This document shows positions 58,031-64,000 of a stretch of 64,000 nt of DNA, in pieces. Origin of the DNA: Candidatus Nanohaloarchaea archaeon (GTDB lineage Archaea; Nanohalarchaeota; Nanosalinia; Nanosalinales; Nanosalinaceae); contig JBEQBC010000002.1 in assembly GCA_041640035.1 (NCBI GenBank), positions 96,001 to 160,000 on the forward strand, read 5' to 3'. The number at the start of each line of letters is the position of its first letter. Positions within the stretch are counted from its first letter, which is position 1. Under the pieces are notes generated by a model that was not told the origin of the DNA, searched no databases, and saw only the letters and a list, made by a program, of their open reading frames with translations. The position numbers were made by a program, and so were the translations under genes.

Positions 58031-58729
58031 TTACTTCTCCTCCTTGTTTTCTTCGTCTTCTTCAGTTTCTTCGGATTTTTCAAGTTCCTCTTCCATTTCC
58101 TCGATTTCTTCGTCGATCTCTTCATCGAGGTCCTCATCTTCTTCTGTCTCTTCTTCTGCTTCTTCCTGCATCTGTTCGAGTTGTTCCTCATCGATCTCTT
58201 CTTCAAGTTCTTCGAGTTCTTCTTCGTCCATGTCCTGCATCTGCTGTGCTGCCTGCATCTGCTTCATCATTTCATCTTCTTCCTCTGCTGCTTCGAGAAC
58301 TTCTTCGACTTCTTCTTCGTCTACTTCGATGCTTGCGATGTCTGCTTCTTCGTATCTTTCGATTCGTTTTTCGTCTTCGATGCTTAGTGCTACTACTTGA
58401 AGGTTGGATGGTGCGAACGGTACATGTATTTCTGTTCCGTCCTGACGGTTCTTGGATAGGCCGTCGATGTATACTTTCTGTTCTTCTCTGTCGATGTTTC
58501 TGATTATTCCTTTGCTTCCTTCGAATTCTCCGGTCATGACCTGTACTCGGTCTCCTCTTCGGAGTGGAAGTGTTTTGGTTTCCAGTTCGTCTCTGATTTC
58601 GTCGCTGAGTCTTGCTGAGAGAAGCTTGTCTTTTACATGTTTTGGAGCGTTTCTACGGTATTTTCTCTGTTTGGAAGGGTTTTTGCTTCCTTTCCATTCT
58701 CGGCTCCAGTTCTGTGTTTTCTGTGTCAT
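58031..58729 (-). CDS. rpl24: 50S ribosomal protein uL24 with long acidic C-terminal tail
   Basis: PSKQRK, RRGDRVQVMTG, PSNL. Confidence 0.95.
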   Translation of the reverse strand: MTQKTQNWSREWKGSKNPSKQRKYRRNAPKHVKDKLLSARLSDEIRDELETKTLPLRRGDRVQVMTGEFEGSKGIIRNIDREEQKVYIDGLSKNRQDGTEIHVPFAPSNLQVVALSIEDEKRIERYEEADIASIEVDEEEVEEVLEAAEEEDEMMKQMQAAQQMQDMDEEELEELEEEIDEEQLEQMQEEAEEETEEDEDLDEEIDEEIEEMEEELEKSEETEEDEENKEEK

Positions 58730-58743
58730 TATCTAGTTTACCT

Positions 58744-59145
58744 CTATACTACCTGTGATGCGATTTTTCCGACTGAGCTGTATCTCTGTACTACTTCTTT
58801 TGCGATCGGGCCTCGTGTTACTGATCCTTTTGGCATTCCTGTCTGTTCTTCTACTAGTACAGCTGCGTTGTCTTCGAATTTTACTCGGAGTCCGTTTGGT
58901 CTTTGGAATTCTTTTGCCTGTCTTACGATTACTGCGTCGTATACCTGGTGTTTGACTTCCTGGTCTCCTTTCAGGATTTTGACTTTGACTGTGTCGCCGA
59001 TTCCTGCGCTGTTTCGTCGGCTTCTTCGTCCCTGTCTATGTTTTACTCCGATTATCTTCAGTTTTTTAGCTCCGCTGTTGTCGGCGCATGTTAGTTCTGC
59101 TCCGATGTCCAGTCCTCTTGTGATGTTGGATCCTACTGGCTTCAT
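58744..59145 (-). CDS. rpl14: 50S ribosomal protein uL14
   Basis: CADNSGAK, FEDNAAV, GPIAKE. Confidence 0.97.
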   Translation of the reverse strand: MKPVGSNITRGLDIGAELTCADNSGAKKLKIIGVKHRQGRRSRRNSAGIGDTVKVKILKGDQEVKHQVYDAVIVRQAKEFQRPNGLRVKFEDNAAVLVEEQTGMPKGSVTRGPIAKEVVQRYSSVGKIASQVV

Positions 59146-59432
59146 TGTTCTTCAGCCTCTTCGTCGTCTACTTTTTCGATTATGATGTGGCTTTTTGTCT
59201 TGGAGATTGGTCGTGTTTCGCCGACTCTAACTGTTTCTCCTTCTTCTACCTCCATGTCCTCTGGTACATGGACGGTTATTTTTGTGTTTCTTCTTTCTTT
59301 TCTCTCGTATTTCGGTACATTTTCTGCGTATTCCCATCTGACGGTCGCTGATTTCTCCATTTTGTTGGATACTACTGTTCCTGTGAACTGTCCGCCGCTT
59401 ACTGGGTATTCTGTTTCGGTATTGGTTGTCAA
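59142..59432 (-). CDS. rps17: 30S ribosomal protein uS17, N-terminally shortened, probable TTG start
   Basis: GTVVSNKM, PKYERKERR, ETRPISKTK; AGGTGA about 10 nt before TTG at 59432. Confidence 0.9.
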   Translation of the reverse strand: MTTNTETEYPVSGGQFTGTVVSNKMEKSATVRWEYAENVPKYERKERRNTKITVHVPEDMEVEEGETVRVGETRPISKTKSHIIIEKVDDEEAEEQ

Positions 59433-59513
59433 AGCTGTTTTGTCACCTTTTGTGGTTGTCTTCTCGTTGTTTTGATGGAAGGGAGTAATCAAGTTCTTGG
59501 TTTATCTGGTTCT

Positions 59514-59687
59514 GCCTGACTACAGTGATTTCCAGTTAGAATCTGTCAAAGAGTAATATGCAGTACCTCACCTTAACTGAGGTGTTCGAGCAGGGATTTT
59601 GACAGACCTAACCGAAAGTATCGAACACTTAATGTGTCCGAGTTTCGTCAGGGAAAACCGGGTAAACTGTGTTTCCCTTCTCAGGTC
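59514..59687 (-). ncRNA. Candidate structured RNA or 5' leader, family unrecognised
   Basis: Closing stem CCUGA/UCAGG enclosing three hairpins, including a perfect 9-bp UCUGUCAAA/UUUGACAGA; TATA-like box ~25 nt upstream. Confidence 0.6.
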
Positions 59688-59710
59688 GTGAAGTTAAAGT
59701 GGAAAGTAAA

Positions 59711-59728
59711 CTTTAAAAGGGTGGTTTT
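59711..59728 (-). promoter_or_regulatory. Putative BRE/TATA promoter
   Basis: Minus-strand AAAACCACCCTTTTAAAG; similar AAAACC...TTTTAA elements precede the minus-strand genes starting at 39027, 51402 and 60341. Confidence 0.55.
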
Positions 59729-59730
59729 GG

Positions 59731-59976
59731 TTAGATCCTATCCTCAGGTCGTTCCAGTATATCCGTACCTTCGACCTCAACCATGTTATCCTGTACATGT
59801 ATTATGAATTTGCGGCCTTTCTTCGGAACCTTCTTCCCATCAATATTCAGAGTGTTCTGCGTTTCGTCAAGTATCTCACCTGAGATATCTTCCTGTGAGT
59901 CATCTGGTGAAGACTTTACCTCTGCCTGGAGGCCTATTAGTTCGTGACGAAAAATGTTTTCAGAGGTTCTTGGCAT
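59731..59976 (-). CDS. rnp1: Ribonuclease P protein subunit Rpp29/Pop4
   Basis: HELIGL, GEILDETQNT, VPKKG, RPEDR. Confidence 0.93.
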   Translation of the reverse strand: MPRTSENIFRHELIGLQAEVKSSPDDSQEDISGEILDETQNTLNIDGKKVPKKGRKFIIHVQDNMVEVEGTDILERPEDRI

Positions 59977-60035
59977 GGTAGAACAGGTATTGAAAGGAGA
60001 GAAAATGTGGGAAAAAAGTTGTTAGAGAGGTTTGA

Positions 60036-60341
60036 TCACTTGATCTCGATCTGTGATCGGTCGAAGCCTTGGTCTACAAGGACATCTTCTATCCTTCTTT
60101 TGTGGTTTCCTTGTAGCTCTATCTTGCCGTCTTTGGCTGTTCCGCCGCAGGCAAGCTTTGTTTTGAGCTTGGAGGATAGGTCGCCAAGGTCGACTGAATC
60201 GTCGATTCCCTCGATTACTGTGACTTCCTTGTTGTAGCTTCTTGTGTCGATTTTGACAGTTATTTTCTGTTCATCTTTTGCGATGTCGCCGCAGACACAA
60301 AGGTCCTGTGGCATTCCGCATTTTGGACAAGTCTCGGACAT
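60036..60341 (-). CDS. Translation initiation factor aIF1/SUI1
   Basis: [35 protein letters not shown]. Confidence 0.96.
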   Translation of the reverse strand: MSETCPKCGMPQDLCVCGDIAKDEQKITVKIDTRSYNKEVTVIEGIDDSVDLGDLSSKLKTKLACGGTAKDGKIELQGNHKRRIEDVLVDQGFDRSQIEIK

Positions 60342-60385
60342 TTTAAGTATAATTTATAATGGAGAAAAGAACTTGTTAAAAGGTT

Positions 60386-60583
60386 TTATTCTTCCTCGTT
60401 GAGGACTGTTTTGATCCGGGCGATGGTTCTCTTCATTTCCTTAATCCGTCCAGGGTTTTCGGAGAATCCTCCTACTTCGATCTGTCCTCGTTCTTCAACG
60501 AGTTCTTTCTTCAGATCTGTCATTTCCTGTTTGAGTTCGTCTTTGCTCATGTCCCGGATTTCTTCTGTTCTTAGGATTGCCAT
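60386..60583 (-). CDS. rpl29: 50S ribosomal protein uL29
   Basis: EIRDMS, NPGRIKE, IARIKTV. Confidence 0.96.
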   Translation of the reverse strand: MAILRTEEIRDMSKDELKQEMTDLKKELVEERGQIEVGGFSENPGRIKEMKRTIARIKTVLNEEE

Positions 60584-60595
60584 TTTTTATCGCCT

Positions 60596-61687
60596 CTATT
60601 TGCGGTTCCTCAACCATTCTAGAAGTGTTTTTCTGCTTTTTCCGCTTTCCTCAGCTTCGATCAGTTCGTCGACTGGCACTTCTTCAAGCTCTTCTTCTAG
60701 TTCTCTTACTTCTTCCTTTGCTTCCTTTACTGTGTTGGAAACGATTTCGTCGTGCTCGATTTCTTCAAGAGCTTCTTGAGCCTCTTCGATAGCTTCTTCA
60801 GCCTCTACTGCCTCCTCTTTGGCTTCTTCCAGTTCTTCTTCAGCTTCTTCGACTGCTTCCTCTACTTCTTCCTCAATGTCTTCGTCTTCTTCTGTTAGTT
60901 CGTCTGGCTGGTTCTCGAATGCGTCTCTAATCTCTGATTTTTCGACACTGGATGTATCTACATCTTCTTCGAGATCCTCCATAGCTCTTTCGAGCTCTGC
61001 TGAGGTCATGTTATCTGCTTCCTGGATGATCTTGTCGATGAGCTCTGGCTTCTCTGCTTCGTCAGCTGTTTCTCCTTCTGACTGGTGAAGGATTTCCTTG
61101 CTTACATCGACATCTCTGTGCTTGAATTCTGGCAGTTCCTTCATGATCCGGACTTTTACGCCGATTGCTCCCGGCTTGGTTCTTGCAAGCTGGTATGCCT
61201 TTTCGACATTGTCCTTGGATGTGTTTCCGCATCTCTTTACATATCCGAATGAGAATTTCTCTGTTCTTCCTCGGTTACCAGATAGCTTTCCTGCAATCTC
61301 TACTTCTGCTCCGATTACTCCTGCTTCCTTCATTCTTCGGATGTATGTGTATCCGACTCTTTTGGCGTGTCCTCCTTTTTCTAGCCAGGAGGCGATGCTT
61401 TTTGCTACGATTTCTGCGTCGGAGTCAGGGTTCTCGATTTCGTTGACCTCGATCTGAGGGTTCTCGAAATCGAATTCTTTCTCCATTTTCTCTGTAAGTT
61501 CCTGTATTCTTGATCCACCGCGTCCGATAACGAGTCCTGGACGCTGTGCGTGTACTACTATTTTTGTTGAAGTAGGTGTTCTTACAAGTTCACTTTTACT
61601 GTATCCTGCGCCTTCGAGTTCTTCTTCTAGGAACTCGTCCAGCCTTACTTTCCTTGCTCCTTGTTGAATGAATTGTTTTTCTTGCAT
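60596..61687 (-). CDS. rps3: 30S ribosomal protein uS3 with long acidic extension
   Basis: RPGLVIGRGG, GKLSGNRGR, GAIGVKVRI. Confidence 0.96.
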   Translation of the reverse strand: MQEKQFIQQGARKVRLDEFLEEELEGAGYSKSELVRTPTSTKIVVHAQRPGLVIGRGGSRIQELTEKMEKEFDFENPQIEVNEIENPDSDAEIVAKSIASWLEKGGHAKRVGYTYIRRMKEAGVIGAEVEIAGKLSGNRGRTEKFSFGYVKRCGNTSKDNVEKAYQLARTKPGAIGVKVRIMKELPEFKHRDVDVSKEILHQSEGETADEAEKPELIDKIIQEADNMTSAELERAMEDLEEDVDTSSVEKSEIRDAFENQPDELTEEDEDIEEEVEEAVEEAEEELEEAKEEAVEAEEAIEEAQEALEEIEHDEIVSNTVKEAKEEVRELEEELEEVPVDELIEAEESGKSRKTLLEWLRNRK

Positions 61688-61701
61688 TAGTATAACCTCT
61701 T

Positions 61702-62112
61702 TTATTTCTCTCCTACCACGATTTCGACATGTGCTCTTTTGTTTGTTCCCTGATGTCTTCCAGGAGTTCTGAATTCTCTTCCCTGGTTAGTGATGAAGTC
61801 TTCAACATACAGGTTTGAAGGGTTTAGTCCTTCATGTTCTGCGTTGCTTTCAGCGCTTTCAAGCACTTCAAGAACATTCTTTGCGGCTTTTTCAGGGTAT
61901 TTACCTGAGTCACCGTGTCCGCTTCTATGTCCTGCATCGCTGTCGAACTTGGTGTATGGGACTGCTAGGTCCTTCTCGATTACCTTGTTCAGTTTTCTTT
62001 TCGCTTTCTCTACTGAGTCTCCTTTCAGGAAGCGACCGATTTCGGTGCAGTCCTTCCAGGAAACGGGCATGTTTTTGCCCTGTGCCTTTGCCTGGTGTGC
62101 TGTTGTTTCCAT
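61702..62112 (-). CDS. rpl22: 50S ribosomal protein uL22
   Basis: PVSWK, GKYPEKAA, AESNAE. Confidence 0.95.
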   Translation of the reverse strand: METTAHQAKAQGKNMPVSWKDCTEIGRFLKGDSVEKAKRKLNKVIEKDLAVPYTKFDSDAGHRSGHGDSGKYPEKAAKNVLEVLESAESNAEHEGLNPSNLYVEDFITNQGREFRTPGRHQGTNKRAHVEIVVGEK

Positions 62113-62121
62113 TGTTGATCA

Positions 62122-62499
62122 CTACTTGAGCGGTACATGCTTGGAAGATCTTGTAGCTCCAAGTCCTGGTGCGCTGTGTGATACTTTCTTTCGGGTTTTG
62201 GATAGTTCTCCTAGGTAGTGGCCGATCATTTCTGCCTGGATTTCGACATCCAGGAATCCTTGGCCGTTGTATACCTTGACTGTCTTGCCCACCATCTCTG
62301 GTAGTACAATCATGTTTCTCTCATGAGTTTTCGCTACATCGCTGTCTTCAAGTGTTTCCAGTAGCTTTTTCTCGTCTTCATTCAGGCCACGGTTGAGCTT
62401 GCGTCGTCCTCGTGCATCGAGGAGTTCTGCGAACTCGTCGCGGCTCATCTCCTTGAGTTCATCAAGGCTTTTTCCTCTGTATTTGAAATCTTCTGACAT
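62122..62499 (-). CDS. rps19: 30S ribosomal protein uS19
   Basis: YRGK, MIGHYLGE, GATRSSKHVPLK. Confidence 0.97.
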   Translation of the reverse strand: MSEDFKYRGKSLDELKEMSRDEFAELLDARGRRKLNRGLNEDEKKLLETLEDSDVAKTHERNMIVLPEMVGKTVKVYNGQGFLDVEIQAEMIGHYLGELSKTRKKVSHSAPGLGATRSSKHVPLK

Positions 62500-62520
62500 T
62501 ATAGTATCACTCTAGTTGTT

Positions 62521-63222
62521 TTAGTCCTTGTTTTTACCGCTTCTTTTAGCGGCGATGTTTCCGACCTTTCTACCAGGCGATTCATGCCGGGATACGGTTT
62601 TTGCTTTTCCAGGTTTTGCTGATCCACCGAATGGGTGGTCTACTGCGTTCATTGCAACACCGGAAACCTTTGGATACAGTTTGCCTTTCGCCTTCATGGA
62701 GTGATGCTTGTTTCCTGCTTTGACGAATGGCTTGTCCTTTCTTCCGCCTGCTGCTACCTTTCCAACTGTGGATCGGCATTTCTTGGACAGTTTCTTGAAG
62801 CTGCCGCTTGGAAGCTGGATTCGTACGCCGTCTTCTTCATGTGTTACGACGAATGCGTATGTTCCACTGCTTCTAACTAGTTTCCCGCCTGCTCCAGGCT
62901 GTGTTTCGATATTATGTATTGGTACTCCTTCTGGGATTTCTGCCAGTGGGAGTGTGTTTCCTTCTTCGATTGATGCGCTTACACCTATTTCGATTTCATC
63001 TCCTACTGCAAGGTTCTCTGGTGCGAGGACATTTCTTGTTTCGCCGTCCTCGAACTCTACTTCTGCTACGGGAGCAGTCCTTGCTGGATCGTGCTGTATA
63101 TCTGTGACTGTTCCTGTTGTTTCTGCGTTTTTCTGTTCTACGCTGCCTTTGCCTTTATGGCCGTTGGCTTTGTAGTTCGGAGATCCTTTTCCTCGTCGTT
63201 GTTGTCTTAGTGGACTTCCCAT
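62521..63222 (-). CDS. rpl2: 50S ribosomal protein uL2
   Basis: QRRGKG, HDPARTAP, GVAMNAVDHPFGG. Confidence 0.98.
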   Translation of the reverse strand: MGSPLRQQRRGKGSPNYKANGHKGKGSVEQKNAETTGTVTDIQHDPARTAPVAEVEFEDGETRNVLAPENLAVGDEIEIGVSASIEEGNTLPLAEIPEGVPIHNIETQPGAGGKLVRSSGTYAFVVTHEEDGVRIQLPSGSFKKLSKKCRSTVGKVAAGGRKDKPFVKAGNKHHSMKAKGKLYPKVSGVAMNAVDHPFGGSAKPGKAKTVSRHESPGRKVGNIAAKRSGKNKD

Positions 63223-63238
63223 AGTTGATTCACCTTGT

Positions 63239-63505
63239 TTACATCATACCTAACTGAGTTGCTACATCCATTGCATCGTCTGATTCGCTTAGTGTGACGA
63301 ATGCCTTTTTCTTTGCCTGTGGAGTGATAGCGGTGTTTACTTTTTTAACCGTGACATCAAACAGTGTTTCGACTGCGTCTTCAACTTGAGGCTTGTCGGC
63401 CTCAAGATCGACGATCAGTACTAGTTGGTTCTGTTCTACCAGATCCATTGCTTTCTCTGTTAGATGTGGATTCTGAATTATGTCCCATGCTCTTTCTTCC
63501 TGCAT
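63239..63505 (-). CDS. rpl23: 50S ribosomal protein uL23
   Basis: PHLTEKA, KVNT, KKAFVTL. Confidence 0.96.
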   Translation of the reverse strand: MQEERAWDIIQNPHLTEKAMDLVEQNQLVLIVDLEADKPQVEDAVETLFDVTVKKVNTAITPQAKKKAFVTLSESDDAMDVATQLGMM

Positions 63506-63522
63506 CGTGTGTTAAACCTCAT

Positions 63523-63999
63523 TTATTGGAAGAGGTTTTCCTCTTCCAGTCTTTCAACTGCTTTCTGACTCCAAACTGTGAGTCGGCCCGGTGTTACGCC
63601 GGATGAAAGCAGTTGTGCGTTCAGATTTTCTACTGATACTGCGTCTACGCCCGGAATATTCTGGGCTGCTTTGATAGCATCTGTTTGTTCGCCGAAGACT
63701 ACTAGAGGTCCTGTTCTGTGGTTGTATTTTCTTCCTCTGTTGCTTCCCTGTCCTGCTCTGAAGCTTACATCTGCTGCTCGTTCAAGTTCTTCGCTCATTC
63801 CTAGTTCTTCAAGCTTCTCTTGGATTTCCTTAGTCTTTTCCAGGTCTTCTAGTCCTTCCTCTACGACTGGTACTTCGCCGTCGTATCGGTGGTTTTCCTG
63901 TACGAGGTCTTCTTTGGTTGTTGCTGTGATTGCAGATCTGATTGCCTTTCTTCTTTCCTTGTCGTTGATTTCTTCATCAAAGTCTTTCTCTGCTTTTGG
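63523..63999 (-). CDS. rpl4: 50S ribosomal protein uL4 (partial, start beyond window)
   Basis: PKAEKDFDEEINDKERRKAIRSAI...RAGQG...NIPGVD...PGRLTVW. Confidence 0.95.
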   Translation of the reverse strand, partial: PKAEKDFDEEINDKERRKAIRSAITATTKEDLVQENHRYDGEVPVVEEGLEDLEKTKEIQEKLEELGMSEELERAADVSFRAGQGSNRGRKYNHRTGPLVVFGEQTDAIKAAQNIPGVDAVSVENLNAQLLSSGVTPGRLTVWSQKAVERLEEENLFQ

Positions 64000-64000
64000 A

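Noticed and set aside
58031-58330. TCT/TTC-rich tract as tandem repeat or CRISPR
   Set aside because: Encodes the poly-Glu tail of uL24; no repeat-spacer periodicity seen anywhere in the window
59433-59730. RNase P RNA, 5S rRNA, SRP RNA or hammerhead ribozyme
   Set aside because: GAAACUCGG resembles RNase P CR-I but I found no P4 partner or P1. The 5S-like words do not fold into the 5S Y-shape. No SRP helix-8 motif. CUGACGA/GAAA are not arranged around a stem II. A covariance search is still needed.
51519-63606. Many long overlapping or antisense ORFs (e.g. 51819-52838, 53692-54771, Ser-rich frames)
   Set aside because: Shadows of real genes caused by GAA/GAC-rich codon bias; no independent motifs

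Overview
Window from a small-genome halophilic archaeon, most likely Nanohaloarchaeota (DPANN). This is inferred from the very acidic proteome, archaeal ribosomal proteins, Alba, Dph5, Cbf5, tight gene packing and moderate GC. (1) 0.5-1.9 kb: gpmI. (2) 1.9-15.9 kb: a type IV pilus locus with a long ATPase, a two-domain TadC/PilC platform and about 16 pilin-like genes. Roughly half lack a class III leader, two are microproteins missing from the ORF track, and two are large paralogous candidate adhesins. (3) 15.9-25.3 kb: an unannotated cluster of five paralogous membrane proteins (two fused to ~350-aa coiled coils), two Gly-tailed membrane microproteins, a RimK-like ATP-grasp ligase and soluble coiled-coil proteins. 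This is the best candidate for an undescribed system, possibly for host contact. (4) dph5/trm5, twin-arginine-motif proteins, two large Ig-repeat surface proteins, a paralogous lipoprotein cluster, pelota, HtrA, a cation antiporter, tRNA-Ser(UGA), an HD protein and cbf5. (5) 50.7-64 kb: the S10/spc ribosomal superoperon with secY, interrupted by a ~175-nt structured RNA candidate, apparently with its own promoter, upstream of a truncated TTG-initiated rps17. No CRISPR array, rRNA or mobile element was seen. All calls come from motif reading by eye; no database search was run.
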